A stretch of DNA of 64,000 bases from Clostridiales bacterium UBA1234 (GCA_002308995.1 DBWQ01000009.1:12852-76851); one strand, 5' to 3'. Positions 1-10,518 are shown, counted from the first letter of the stretch. Numbers and translations are program-made. The notes: a model not told the origin generated them from the sequence alone.

Positions 1-8
1 GGCAAGAA

Positions 9-1328
9 ATGCTAGGGGTAAAAAACAAAAAATATGATCATGAAAAAGTTGAGATTTCTTTTTTCAATCGCATGATGACCTATATTTATTCTTTTTATGA
101 ACTAGCTAGCGTGCCGAAAAACATGGAAAAGTTGAATCAAAAATTTGTCACTATTTTTGATAATTTTTACGAAAAATTTAGTCCTGATTTAGACGAAAAG
201 GAAGTTATCGAATTATACAATCAAGTAGAAAAAGAAGTGCTTTCGTGTTGGGATATCACGCTTCTTAATGATACTTATGCGTTTATTTATACCGGTCTTT
301 TGAAAAAAAGATTAAAGAAAAAATATGACAACTATGAAGAAATGGCCAATCAATTAATTTCTGGGATTACCAATATTGAAAGTATGAAACCAATTCGAGA
401 ACTCATTACACTGGCGTATGAAAAAGATAATCATTCTCCAGAAGACTTTCAACATAAAGTGGAGGAATATATTCAGCAATATGGCGACAGAAATTTAGAA
501 GAACTAAAACTAGAAAGCCCAACGTTTCGAACAAATCCTGAAATTTTGCTAAAGAAAATAGAGGAATACAGGGAAGACCTCAATAGACTTTCAGAAATCT
601 ATCAAAATATGAATGCAAGTGAAAAACAGTTTGATAGGAAACTCGATGCTACCACCAAAAGAATTTTAAAAAAGTGTATGCTTGGCATTAAAAATCGTGA
701 GATTTCAAGGCTAAATCGAAGCCGTATTTTTGGTATGGTAAGAAGCATGATTTTAAGACTAGGCGAAATCTATCAAAGCCAAGGCTTGATTGAAAACCAA
801 AAAGATATTTTTTATTTAACTATCGAAGAAATAAAGCAGATGGTGACGCAAAAAGAAAATAAAATGGAGATCATCCAAAAACGAAAAGAAGATTATAGGT
901 TATACAAAAGCCTTCCTGCCTATACCAGAATTATTTTTATGGACAAAGAGTTTAACAAGCATCATACGAGTGTCAATACCAAATCGTTTTATCATCATAC
1001 AAACGAATTAAGGGGAATTCCTTGTTCGAACGGAAAAGTAACAGGAGAGGCACTCTTAATTACGAATATCCATGAGATAGGGAGTGTAAAAGATAAAATT
1101 TTGGTAACGAAGATGACGGATCCTGGCTGGGTATTTTTGCTAGCCACTGCCAAAGGAATTATCTCTGAAAAAGGCTCGCTATTATCACATACCGCTATTA
1201 TTTCAAGAGAGTTAAAAATTCCTTCTATCGTGGGGGTAAATCACGCACTATCTTCTATCCAAAATGGAGATATCATTGAAATGGATGGCTCTACGGGAGT
1301 CATCACCATCCTTCAAAAAAATAAATAG
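9..1328 (+). CDS. PEP-utilizing enzyme family protein; His-swivel (mobile) domain at the C-terminus. PEP-synthase or rifampin-phosphotransferase-like. The N-terminus may lie upstream of the window.
   Basis: The C-terminal region GSLLSHTAIISRELKIPSIVGV fits the PEP-utilizers phosphohistidine signature. The ORF starts 8 nt into the window. Confidence 0.6.
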   Translation: MLGVKNKKYDHEKVEISFFNRMMTYIYSFYELASVPKNMEKLNQKFVTIFDNFYEKFSPDLDEKEVIELYNQVEKEVLSCWDITLLNDTYAFIYTGLLKKRLKKKYDNYEEMANQLISGITNIESMKPIRELITLAYEKDNHSPEDFQHKVEEYIQQYGDRNLEELKLESPTFRTNPEILLKKIEEYREDLNRLSEIYQNMNASEKQFDRKLDATTKRILKKCMLGIKNREISRLNRSRIFGMVRSMILRLGEIYQSQGLIENQKDIFYLTIEEIKQMVTQKENKMEIIQKRKEDYRLYKSLPAYTRIIFMDKEFNKHHTSVNTKSFYHHTNELRGIPCSNGKVTGEALLITNIHEIGSVKDKILVTKMTDPGWVFLLATAKGIISEKGSLLSHTAIISRELKIPSIVGVNHALSSIQNGDIIEMDGSTGVITILQKNK

Positions 1329-1339
1329 GAAGTGAAAAA

Positions 1340-2404
1340 ATGAACTGTGTGCAGTTTGAAAACGAAGAAAAATATGTCAAGGATTTTATCAAGCTTTCTA
1401 AAAAAATCTATGGCAAAACTTGTTGTGAAGATGCCAAAGAAATCAAAAGCTTACTTCAAGGAACCCATCCACTTAGTAAGTATTTTAAGCTATATAAGTT
1501 TTTAATTTACGAAGAAAACGAAGTGGTTGGTAGATTTGCTATTACTATTTATCCAGAGGACGATACCGCCTATTTTGGATTTTTTGAATGCATCAATCAA
1601 AAAGAAGTGGCAAAGTGTATTTTTGATTCTGCTAGAAAATTTGCGAAAGAACATCACTTTCAAAAGCTGATAGGTCCTGTGAATGCGTCGTTTTGGCTAA
1701 AGTATCGCTTAAAAATTAATCTGTTCGAATTAGAACCTTATACGGGTGAGCCGTATAACAAGGAGTATTACTATCAAATGTTTTTAGATAATGGCTATCA
1801 TGTGGCAGAGCATTACACCTCCAATCGTTACAAAAGCATCGACGAGAGTTATCAAAACGAACTATTTTCTAGTCGTTATCAGACTTTTATTGAGCAGGGA
1901 TATCGCATTGAAAATTTGAATATGGATAATTTTGAAAATGAACTAAAAGAATTATATCGCTTGCTCAGTGAACTATATAGTGATTTTCCAATCTATAAGC
2001 CGGTTTCTCAAGAAGATTTTTCTCTGGTATTTCGTAGTTACAAAAAGATCATGAATCCCGAAATGACGAAGTTTGCCTATTTTAACAACAAGATGGTTGG
2101 CTTTTATGTGAGTGTGCCAAATTATCATGATTTGGTGGACAATGTGAACTTGCCGAAACTAATAAAAATATTGTCATTAAAAAAGAAGCCAAAAGAATAC
2201 GTAATGCTGTATATGGGAGTTGATCAAAATCATAGAGGACTAGGAAAGGCGATTGTGTATAGCATTATGACAGAGCTTATCAAAAGCAAATTACCAAGCA
2301 TTGGCGCACTTGCCAGAGATGGCAAAGTAACGCAAAACTATGCAGAAGAATTAATTGAGCAAAGATATGAATATGTATTGTTGGAGGAAAATTTAAATGA
2401 TTAA
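1340..2404 (+). CDS. Hypothetical protein, possibly a GNAT-fold acetyltransferase.
   Basis: The C-terminal HRGLGKAIV resembles GNAT motif A (R/QxxGxG/A). No other recognisable motif. Confidence 0.4.
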   Translation: MNCVQFENEEKYVKDFIKLSKKIYGKTCCEDAKEIKSLLQGTHPLSKYFKLYKFLIYEENEVVGRFAITIYPEDDTAYFGFFECINQKEVAKCIFDSARKFAKEHHFQKLIGPVNASFWLKYRLKINLFELEPYTGEPYNKEYYYQMFLDNGYHVAEHYTSNRYKSIDESYQNELFSSRYQTFIEQGYRIENLNMDNFENELKELYRLLSELYSDFPIYKPVSQEDFSLVFRSYKKIMNPEMTKFAYFNNKMVGFYVSVPNYHDLVDNVNLPKLIKILSLKKKPKEYVMLYMGVDQNHRGLGKAIVYSIMTELIKSKLPSIGALARDGKVTQNYAEELIEQRYEYVLLEENLND

Positions 2405-3827
2405 GATGAATGAAATCATGAAAAATGCCTATGAAAAATGGGCTGAGAAAGAGTACATTTTTGAAAAAAAGAATGGTGCATATCAAGCAATTACGATGGG
2501 AGATTTTTTAAGGAAGGTCAATAGCATCGCGCACGAATTAATCAAAAGGGGGCTACAAGACAAAAGAATCATTGTTTTTGGACCAAATTCTACTCATTAT
2601 ATGATGACAGATTTGGCGGTGTTTTCGTATGTTGGTACGAGCGTGAATGTGAACTGTCAAACCGAAAAAGAGGAGTTAGTCAAAATCGTCAAAGCACTTC
2701 AAATTGATGCTATTATCTATGATGAAAGATTAAAAGCTGTTTTTGACCAAATGAAAGAAGAAGTAGGAGAGATACAGTACCTTGGAATGCAGTCTTTTAT
2801 TGAAAGCTTAAGCACGGATGACGAGACATTCGATTTAGAGGGAAGAGACGAAAATCTATGTGCCAAAATCATTTATTCTAGCGGAACTACTTCCACCCCA
2901 AAAGGCATTATGCTTTCTATCAAAAATATTTTCTCTGGTTGGGAATCCCTTCAAAGAAGAACCCCTTTTACCGAAAAAGATGTAGTTTATTTATTCTTGC
3001 CACTTCATCATACATATGCCAATATCTATAATTTTATTTATTCGCTATTATCTGGCTTAAGTATTTATCTATGTAGTGGCATTGATAAGATTGAAGAAGA
3101 ATTACTAGAAGTCAATCCAACCATATTTTGTGGTGTTCCGCTTATCTATAAAAGGATTTATGAGAACCATAAAGAGAATTTAAACACGGTATTTGGTACG
3201 AGAATTAAATATATGTATTGTGGAGGGACAAGATTTGATCCTGAGATTCGCAAAGCATATAAACTATGTGGCTTACCAATGTTTGAAGCCTATGCTTTAA
3301 CAGAAACTGCCTCTTCGTTTAGCATTGAATATCCTAACAAAGATGATTATGAAAGTGCCGGAACGATTTTTGAAGATATTGATGTGAAGATTATCCATCA
3401 AGATGAAGAGGGAGTAGGAGAAATCATCGTTAAAGGCGATAATGTTTTTCTTGGCTATGCCAATAATGAAGAACTCACCAAAAGTGTCTTCACCGAAGAT
3501 GGCTATTTCATCACGGGAGATTATGGCTATATCAAAGATAATAAGCTATATCTTGTGGGCAGAAGAACGGATATCATCATTGGAGATAATGGTGAAAATG
3601 TCTATGTGAAAGAAATCGAAAAAGCATTAAAAGAGTATTGCCAAGATGTTTTAAAAATACAAGCATCTTTGGTAGATGGTAAAATTCATTATAAAATCTT
3701 TATTCATAAAGATAGCCAAGCTAATATTGATGCGATTATTGAAGAATACAATAGCAAAGCAACGAAAAAAGACTGCGTTAAATTCTATGAAAAAGAATAC
3801 ACGGAGCAAATGAATTTGAAAGGTTAA
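2397..3827 (+). CDS. AMP-dependent synthetase/ligase (acyl-CoA synthetase-like).
   Basis: The AMP-binding signature IIYSSGTTSTPKGIML is present, plus the downstream GDYGYI...LYLVGRRTD motif. GGAGG lies 9 nt upstream of the ATG. Confidence 0.8.
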   Translation: MIKMNEIMKNAYEKWAEKEYIFEKKNGAYQAITMGDFLRKVNSIAHELIKRGLQDKRIIVFGPNSTHYMMTDLAVFSYVGTSVNVNCQTEKEELVKIVKALQIDAIIYDERLKAVFDQMKEEVGEIQYLGMQSFIESLSTDDETFDLEGRDENLCAKIIYSSGTTSTPKGIMLSIKNIFSGWESLQRRTPFTEKDVVYLFLPLHHTYANIYNFIYSLLSGLSIYLCSGIDKIEEELLEVNPTIFCGVPLIYKRIYENHKENLNTVFGTRIKYMYCGGTRFDPEIRKAYKLCGLPMFEAYALTETASSFSIEYPNKDDYESAGTIFEDIDVKIIHQDEEGVGEIIVKGDNVFLGYANNEELTKSVFTEDGYFITGDYGYIKDNKLYLVGRRTDIIIGDNGENVYVKEIEKALKEYCQDVLKIQASLVDGKIHYKIFIHKDSQANIDAIIEEYNSKATKKDCVKFYEKEYTEQMNLKG

Positions 3828-3874
3828 ACATGGACGTCCTCATGTCCATAGAAATAATATTTAGGAGGAAACCA

Positions 3875-4987
3875 ATGGATAATCAAAGAGAAAAAGTAGT
3901 TGTTAAAACAAGTATTATTAGTATTATTGCCAATATTATCTTGGCAAGTTTTAAAGCTTTTGTGGGGTTACTTGCCCATTCCATCGCGATTGTTTCGGAT
4001 GCGGTAAATAACTTAACGGATGCACTTTCGAGCATCATTACGATTGTAGGAACTAAGCTTGCTGGTAAGAAGCCAGATAAAAAGCATCCTTATGGTTATG
4101 GCAGAATTGAATATATGACATCACTCATTGTTTCGGGAATCGTGCTTTATGCAGGTATTACCGCACTAGTGGAGTCGGTGAAGAAAATCATTCATCCAGA
4201 GGAGGCAGATTACAGCACCGTCACGCTAATAATTATTGTAGCAGGTATTTTAGTAAAATTTGCTTTAGGCTTGTATGTGAAGAAAAAGGGCAAAGAAGTC
4301 AATTCTGATTCGCTTGTTGCCAGTGGTTCCGATGCCTTTAACGATGCAATTCTTTCGATTTCCGTTTTGGCATCTGCTATTATTTATTTACTATTCCATA
4401 TTAGCCTAGAAGCTTTTGTGGGTGCGATTTTGGGCATCTTTATTATCAAAGCGGGCATAGAATTAATTAGAGAATCTGTCGATAATTTGCTTGGCGTGCG
4501 CATTGAAAGTGGCCTTGCAAAGCAAATTAAAAAGGAAGTCATGAAAGAAGAAAATGTGCAAGGTGCTTTTGATTTAACGCTTCACGATTACGGTCCAGAC
4601 CAGTATTCTGGTTCCATCCATATCGAAGTGCCAGATACCCTAAACGTCGCACAAATTGATAAAATTTCAAGACGTATTACCAAAAATATTAAAGAAAAAT
4701 TTGGTGTAACGTTACATACCGTTGGTGTGTATTCGGCCAATACTAAAGATCAAAAACTAAAAAAGGTGCTTTCCGAAATGCACGATATCGTCTTCAAACA
4801 TGATGGTATTTTGCAAATGCACGGCTTTTATTTTGATGAGCAAGATAAAATGATTCGCTTTGATATTGTGATGGACTTCAAAGTACCAGATAGAGAAAAG
4901 GTTTGCCAAGAAATTTACGATGCAGTACAGAAAAAATATCCGGGTTACGATATTAGTATCAATATGGATATTGATATTAGCGATTAA
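3875..4987 (+). CDS. Cation diffusion facilitator (CDF) family metal efflux transporter.
   Basis: HPYGYGRIEY motif and six predicted TM helices. Start chosen at the ATG 5 nt after the AGGAGG (ORF track begins at 3830). Confidence 0.85.
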   Translation: MDNQREKVVVKTSIISIIANIILASFKAFVGLLAHSIAIVSDAVNNLTDALSSIITIVGTKLAGKKPDKKHPYGYGRIEYMTSLIVSGIVLYAGITALVESVKKIIHPEEADYSTVTLIIIVAGILVKFALGLYVKKKGKEVNSDSLVASGSDAFNDAILSISVLASAIIYLLFHISLEAFVGAILGIFIIKAGIELIRESVDNLLGVRIESGLAKQIKKEVMKEENVQGAFDLTLHDYGPDQYSGSIHIEVPDTLNVAQIDKISRRITKNIKEKFGVTLHTVGVYSANTKDQKLKKVLSEMHDIVFKHDGILQMHGFYFDEQDKMIRFDIVMDFKVPDREKVCQEIYDAVQKKYPGYDISINMDIDISD

Positions 4988-5009
4988 GTTTAGAAAGGTA
5001 AATAAAGAT

Positions 5010-6116
5010 ATGGACGAAATGACGAATGATATCATGAAAGAAATTAAAAGCAGAAACATGGATTTGTCGGCGGAGTTCATTAAGGGATTATATCAAAAGC
5101 CTATTTTGAAAGATTTGTTTTTGGAGGTTACTTCTAGGTGCAATGCCAAATGCGAGCATTGTGGGAGTAACTGTGGCTATGATATTCCCGAAGATGAAAT
5201 TTCGGCGGAGCTTATCAAAAAGGCCTTAAAAGAAGTGGCGGAAAAGTATTGCGCTAACGATATCTTATTAAACATTACTGGCGGAGAGCCTTTAATGAGA
5301 AAAGATTTGTTTGAGATGATGGAATATGCAGATCAACTAGGATTTAGATGGGGCATGACGTCCAATGGTATGCTAATTACGGATGAAATACTGGAAAAGA
5401 TGAATCAAACGCATATGGAAACGATTTCGATTAGTTTAGATGGTTTAAGAGAAACGCATGAAAGCTTTAGAAAAGTGCCGGGTTCTTATGATATCATTAT
5501 TAAGAACATTCAAAAACTTCAAAAAGTCCCAAGCATTAAGATTGTTCAAGTTACCACTGTTGCGAATAAGAAGAACTTACATGAGTTAGAAGCAATCTAT
5601 CAGTTAATGAAGGATTTGCATGTGATTTCTTGGAGAGTGATTAATGTTGATCCGATAGGCAGAGCTAAAGGAAATTCAGATATTTTATTAAATCCAGAGG
5701 AATATCAGTATTTGTTCCAATTTATCAAGGAAAAAAGAGAAGAAGCAATCATGAATGTAGAGTATGGATGCTCTCACTATTTAGGATTAGACTTAGAAAA
5801 AGAACTAAGAGACAATTATTTCTTCTGTGGCACAGGGCTTTTTGTTGCTAGCATTCTAAGTAATGGTGATATTTTTGTATGCCCGAATGTGGAGAGGCGA
5901 AAAGAGTTTATCCAGGGAAATATCAAAGAAGATAACTTCGTAGACGTATGGGAAAACAGATTTCAATTTTTTAGAAATGAAAATAGAACTTCTTGTGATA
6001 CTTGTAAAAAGTGTGATAGCTGGAAACACTGTTTGGGAGATTCTTTCCACACATGGAATTTTGACGAAGGTAGACCAAATTTTTGTATTAAAATGATTGA
6101 TAAGGAGGATGTGTAA
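5010..6116 (+). CDS. Radical SAM protein with a C-terminal SPASM/twitch auxiliary cluster domain.
   Basis: CNAKCEHC (CX3CX2C) near the N-terminus, GGEPL motif, and a C-terminal Cys-rich block (CGTGLFVASILSNGDIFVCP ... CDTCKKCDSWKHC). Start chosen at the ATG after GAAAGG. Confidence 0.8.
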   Translation: MDEMTNDIMKEIKSRNMDLSAEFIKGLYQKPILKDLFLEVTSRCNAKCEHCGSNCGYDIPEDEISAELIKKALKEVAEKYCANDILLNITGGEPLMRKDLFEMMEYADQLGFRWGMTSNGMLITDEILEKMNQTHMETISISLDGLRETHESFRKVPGSYDIIIKNIQKLQKVPSIKIVQVTTVANKKNLHELEAIYQLMKDLHVISWRVINVDPIGRAKGNSDILLNPEEYQYLFQFIKEKREEAIMNVEYGCSHYLGLDLEKELRDNYFFCGTGLFVASILSNGDIFVCPNVERRKEFIQGNIKEDNFVDVWENRFQFFRNENRTSCDTCKKCDSWKHCLGDSFHTWNFDEGRPNFCIKMIDKEDV

Positions 6117-6117
6117 C

Positions 6118-6954
6118 ATGAAAGAAAAAGTGAAAGAATTGTTTGGACCAGACCCATATTTTGTGGAACTTGTATTGAGACATATAGAGGAGTATTACAT
6201 TTTTTTCCCAGGTATGCCAAAAGAGGACTTTGAAAATCTCACCATGATAGATTTAGTAAGGATTGCTTCTGATAAAGAAATCAAAAACGAATTCTTAAAA
6301 TGCTTATCGCAAAAAACGTTTGATTTGAAAGGCGCTATTGAGTTTAATGGTGTTAATGCTAAGTGGATTGCTGAGCACAGGGAAGGAGCAGAAACGGATC
6401 CTATCAGAATCTATGCCAGTTTTGTACCGATTAAAGAAAGAATGGAAAAGCGCAGGTATCAATTTGATCCAAACAGAGTATCCATCCAAAAGGTGTATGG
6501 AACACCACGAAGCATGGGAATGAATAATCTTCGTAAAGAGAATACTCCAGAGAAAAAGGAAGAAGAGCAAAAACAAATGATGGACGAAATAAAAAGTATC
6601 AAAGAAATGGAAACAAAGAAGAATTCAGAAGAAGTGAAGGAAAAAGTAAAAAAGATTGAAGAGGACCCAGCTTTTAAAGAAGAGATTATCAAGATGATTG
6701 TGGAACAAGATTTTAGAAACTGGGGAAGGGAGAAAGTAGAGTCATTTTTGACATCAAAACCTGGAGAGGAAGACTATTCTTCTTTATCGGATGACGAAAT
6801 TCGCGAAAAAATGGTAGAAAGCTACAAAAAAATGCCTCCATATATGGGCTATTGCCATTCATATTGGGCAATAGAAAAAAGATTACTAAAGGAAAAGTAT
6901 GATATTGACTGGTATACGCCACAAGAAGAAAATCCAAGAGCTCTCTTTGATTAA
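6118..6954 (+). CDS. Hypothetical protein (Lys/Glu-rich middle region).
   Basis: ORF with AAGGAGG 8 nt upstream of the ATG. No recognisable motif. Confidence 0.5.
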   Translation: MKEKVKELFGPDPYFVELVLRHIEEYYIFFPGMPKEDFENLTMIDLVRIASDKEIKNEFLKCLSQKTFDLKGAIEFNGVNAKWIAEHREGAETDPIRIYASFVPIKERMEKRRYQFDPNRVSIQKVYGTPRSMGMNNLRKENTPEKKEEEQKQMMDEIKSIKEMETKKNSEEVKEKVKKIEEDPAFKEEIIKMIVEQDFRNWGREKVESFLTSKPGEEDYSSLSDDEIREKMVESYKKMPPYMGYCHSYWAIEKRLLKEKYDIDWYTPQEENPRALFD

Positions 6955-6980
6955 ATGAAAAAGAAGGAAAGGAAGATACT

Positions 6981-7610
6981 ATGTCGGCACTTATTATCTT
7001 ATTAATAATACTCATTTTAATCATCGTAATTTTCGCTTACGTGAAAATAAAGCTATCCAAACTTTTTGAAGCTTGGTTTGGTAGTAGCAGTATTACCGAA
7101 GGACTAAAAATGATGAAACAGCAGCGTGAAGCTTTAGAAACTGAGCCAAAAACACCATACGGAATGGATAGCTTATTTATGCCTCAAATAGCAAGAGATT
7201 TTCCCAACATGAATGTAGAAGAAATGAAGAAGCTAGCTGAAGAGAAACTAATAGACTATTTGCACTCTCAAAAGGATAAAACCTATTCTGAGATTAACCT
7301 TCATAAAACAGTTATCAATCAATATTCTAAAAATAGTTCTACATGCAAATTAGTTTTTCAAACGGCACTAGGGTTTAAAGAGCACATAAAAGATGCCTCG
7401 CACTTCAAAGAAGTGCGCATGAACACAGAATTTATCTATATTTATGATAATTCTAAACTAAAAGCTGGCGAAGCCATTAGCCTAAACTGCCCTAATTGTG
7501 GAGCACCAATCAAAGGAATTGGCCATAAAACGTGTCCATATTGTCATACAGGGCTAATTGATTTGGCAACCAAAACGTGGAAATTTCAAAGAGTAAGCAT
7601 GCTTTCATAG
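6981..7610 (+). CDS. Membrane-anchored hypothetical protein with a C-terminal zinc ribbon.
   Basis: N-terminal hydrophobic helix (LIILLIILILIIVIFAYV) and CPNCG...CPYCH. Confidence 0.5.
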   Translation: MSALIILLIILILIIVIFAYVKIKLSKLFEAWFGSSSITEGLKMMKQQREALETEPKTPYGMDSLFMPQIARDFPNMNVEEMKKLAEEKLIDYLHSQKDKTYSEINLHKTVINQYSKNSSTCKLVFQTALGFKEHIKDASHFKEVRMNTEFIYIYDNSKLKAGEAISLNCPNCGAPIKGIGHKTCPYCHTGLIDLATKTWKFQRVSMLS

Positions 7611-7663
7611 TACAAAGTAAGGTCATCACTGAAAAAGTATCGAGATAGAAAAGGAGAATATAA

Positions 7664-8122
7664 ATGTATTTAAAAGAGTATCTAAAAAGGTATGAAAATC
7701 AAAAGGTAAAGCTATTGGTGGATATGGATGGCGTAATTGCTGATTATGATTTTGGTAAGCCAAAAGACTATGATAAAAAACGCCCACTTTATGATAGTAT
7801 CAAAAAACTAGAAGAAATTTCTCATATGGAAAATGTGGAACTATTTATCTTTTCGATTACAAGGCTTACAGAAGGCTTTGAGCAAAAGCAAAACTGGCTA
7901 GATGAATATGCTCCTTTCATTCAAAAAGACCATCGCATTATTATTTCAAGAGAAGATAATAACATGGAAAAATCAGAACTATTAAAAGCAAATTATTTAA
8001 AAACATTCCCGAGAGATGAAAGTATTTTAATCATGATTGATGATGATCCAAGGGTGCTTAAGGCAATTCATGCAGTTTGTGAAGATGTGATATTGCTAAA
8101 GGATACCGTTTTGGTGGACTAG
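7664..8122 (+). CDS. HAD-superfamily 5'(3')-deoxyribonucleotidase-like protein.
   Basis: N-terminal LLVDMDGVIADY (HAD motif I, DxDG) as in the NT5C-type deoxyribonucleotidase family. Confidence 0.55.
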   Translation: MYLKEYLKRYENQKVKLLVDMDGVIADYDFGKPKDYDKKRPLYDSIKKLEEISHMENVELFIFSITRLTEGFEQKQNWLDEYAPFIQKDHRIIISREDNNMEKSELLKANYLKTFPRDESILIMIDDDPRVLKAIHAVCEDVILLKDTVLVD

Positions 8123-8159
8123 CATAGATGTTTAAAGGGTGTCCTTACAGCTAAATTGA

Positions 8160-8199
8160 AAACCGAGAATTGTCTCATTGAAACAATTCTCGGTTTTTT
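8160..8199 (+). terminator. Rho-independent terminator.
   Basis: AAACCGAGAATTG / CAATTCTCGGTTTTT stem followed by a T-run. Confidence 0.7.
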
Positions 8200-8214
8200 A
8201 TGTCATAAACTTGT

Positions 8215-8345
8215 TATTCAAGTTCATGAAAGTAAACCAAATAGACGGGATAGCTGATGGTGATAGCTTCTTTTAAAGCTTCTTCCGTAATGTCAGATTT
8301 CTTTTTAGCTTTTACGATCGGACCTGGGGACGTCCATCAAAAGTT
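8215..8345 (-). pseudogene. Gene remnant: orphan C-terminal coding fragment with no intact upstream ORF.
   Basis: The minus strand reads ...PIVKAKKKSDITEEALKEAITISYPVYLVYFHELE* with protein-like composition, but the upstream frame is broken by stops. Confidence 0.25.
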
Positions 8346-8505
8346 CAGTCATAAATCAGACATTATAAAAAAATTGCTTTTTTCAAAAAGCTAGTATAAA
8401 ATGTTTTAAGAAAAAGATTTGGATTTTTAGTGAAAATTATGTTGTAAGACACCTCCTATTTATTGTGGTGTTCTATAGTTTAAGATTAATAGAGGAGGTT
8501 TTGGT

Positions 8506-9540
8506 ATGAACAACTCAAAAAGGAACTCAATGCATTTTATGAAAAAAAGAATTGGAAGATTGTTTTTCGTTTTTTGTGTGATATTGGCTTTATCGACGAT
8601 TACTTTTGCTGAATCTGATAGTATTTCTTCTATACCATCTGAAGAGGAAAAAAAGGATGCAAGAGAAGATTGGTGGATAGAGGCGTTTGCCTTTCAAATT
8701 GAGGAGCCTAAAGCTGGTGAAAAACCTAAAAAAGATGCGAAAGCTTTGCATGAAGGATATCATGTGACCAAAGTGGTGTGGACTCCCGCTGATAGCTTTT
8801 TTATTCCTGGCAAAGAATATAAGGTAGAAATATTTTTTGACTTGGAACAGAAGTATTATTTGTTAAACAGTATTCCAACTACTATCAATAATAAAGTTGC
8901 CATTCAGCAAGGGAGAAAAGATGGATTTCTTCAAGATGATTCATTATGTGCAGAATACACCTTCCCAGTATTAGAAGGAAAACTAAATAGCATGACGTGG
9001 TCAAAAGCATCTAACTGGGCTATGGAAGAATTAATCAGAGCAAATGATATGGAATTAATCCCAGAAATATTAAAGCAAGAAGATTTAACAACCGCCATTA
9101 CTAGAAAGGAATTTGCTCACATAGCGGTTAGATTATGGGAATCAATCACAGGGAAAACAGCGTCTCCTGTGAAAAATACTCCTTTTACAGACTGTGATGA
9201 TATTGAGGTTTTAAAAGCATATCGCCTTGAAATCACCAAAGGAACGTCTGATACCACCTTTTCACCTGATGCATTGATCACAAGAGAACAAGTTGCTACC
9301 ATGATGACAAGAGCACTTCAAAAAGCAGGAATTAATACCTCAGTAAATAGGAACACGACAAACCTATTTGAAGATGATGAACAGCTTCATTCTTGGGGCA
9401 AGGAATCTGTTTACTTTATGGCAGAGATAGGAATCATCAAAGGAACAGGAGGTAACAATTTTGGAGCAAGTGGAAATGCCTCTAGAGAACAAGCTATCGT
9501 CATTAGTTTCAGAAGTGTTGAAAAATTCAAATTAAACTAG
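8506..9540 (+). CDS. Secreted SLH-domain (S-layer homology) cell-wall-anchored protein.
   Basis: N-terminal signal peptide. Three C-terminal SLH repeats with ITREQ(V/M)ATM and F.D...W motifs. It is a paralog of the C-termini of 18132-19589 and 22995-25007. Confidence 0.8.
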   Translation: MNNSKRNSMHFMKKRIGRLFFVFCVILALSTITFAESDSISSIPSEEEKKDAREDWWIEAFAFQIEEPKAGEKPKKDAKALHEGYHVTKVVWTPADSFFIPGKEYKVEIFFDLEQKYYLLNSIPTTINNKVAIQQGRKDGFLQDDSLCAEYTFPVLEGKLNSMTWSKASNWAMEELIRANDMELIPEILKQEDLTTAITRKEFAHIAVRLWESITGKTASPVKNTPFTDCDDIEVLKAYRLEITKGTSDTTFSPDALITREQVATMMTRALQKAGINTSVNRNTTNLFEDDEQLHSWGKESVYFMAEIGIIKGTGGNNFGASGNASREQAIVISFRSVEKFKLN

Positions 9541-9717
9541 GGGATGTCTCATGAAATAAGTAAGGAGCAAAGGATAAGAAACAATGAAATAAACAGAAAA
9601 AGGCAGCCTATTTTAACCATATTATGGGTAAGAAGGGCTGTTTTTTCTATTTTATTAATATTTATATTGCGATATGGCTAATTTCCCAATAAACTAATAC
9701 CAAAGGAGGAGAATGCG

Positions 9718-10257
9718 ATGTCAATTTATGATTATTCAGTAAAAAATCGAAACGGAGAAGATGTTTCGATGGCAGATTTTAAAGGAAAGGTACTAATTGT
9801 GGTAAATACTGCAACAGGGTGTGGTTTTACACCTCAATACGAAGGGCTTGAAAAGCTATACAAAGAGTACCACGAAAAAGGGCTTGAAATCTTAGATTTT
9901 CCATGCAATCAATTTGGTAGCCAAGCACCTGGTACCGATGAAGAAATCCATCATTTTTGCACCCTAAAATATAACGCCACTTTTGATCAATTTTCTAAAA
10001 TCGATGTCAATGGCGAAAACGCTCATCCACTTTATACCTGCTTAAAAGAAGCTGTGCAAGAAGATATTGTGGAAGGGTTAAAAAACAAAATGGCCATGGC
10101 TGCCATTGAAAAAATTAGCACCACAGCCAAAGAGCCAAAGGATATTAAGTGGAACTTCACCAAGTTTTTGGTAGATAGAGAAGGAAACGTGGTAGCACGT
10201 TATTCACCAACCTTTAAGCCAGAAGATATGGAAGAAGAGATTAAAAAATTGATTTAG
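9718..10257 (+). CDS. gpx: Glutathione peroxidase.
   Basis: [16 protein letters not shown]...[20 protein letters not shown]...FPCNQFG is the classic GPx signature with the active-site Cys. Confidence 0.9.
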   Translation: MSIYDYSVKNRNGEDVSMADFKGKVLIVVNTATGCGFTPQYEGLEKLYKEYHEKGLEILDFPCNQFGSQAPGTDEEIHHFCTLKYNATFDQFSKIDVNGENAHPLYTCLKEAVQEDIVEGLKNKMAMAAIEKISTTAKEPKDIKWNFTKFLVDREGNVVARYSPTFKPEDMEEEIKKLI

Positions 10258-10305
10258 GGTTCTCGTTTAAAGATATCCTTAAAATCTCATGATGAGAGGA
10301 GAATC

Positions 10306-10518
10306 ATGATGAAAACAGAAGTAAGATATTATTCGAGAAGTGGTAATACCAAATTATTAGCAGAGGCAATTGTTATGCCAAAAACACGCCAAGTGAAGCT
10401 GATCTTAAAAAAGCAGAAGAATTTGCAAAATCGTTTGCAAGATAGGCAAGTGAGTGCACAAAAACTTCACAAGAATTTTTCAAGATGTTTCAAAAAGAAA
10501 CATCTTTTTTTCACTTAG
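10306..10518 (+). pseudogene. Flavodoxin-family gene remnant (frameshifted and truncated).
   Basis: The N-terminus VRYYSRSGNTKLLAEAI matches the flavodoxin phosphate-binding loop. After about 25 codons the plausible continuation (..SEADLKKAEEFAKSFAR..) is in another frame. Total length is far below a 150-aa flavodoxin. Confidence 0.4.

Noticed and set aside
3830-3845. Recurrence of ATGGACGTCC (3830 on the + strand; 8333-8342 as its reverse complement).
   Set aside because: It is a 10-mer only and could be chance. There is no extended similarity around either site.
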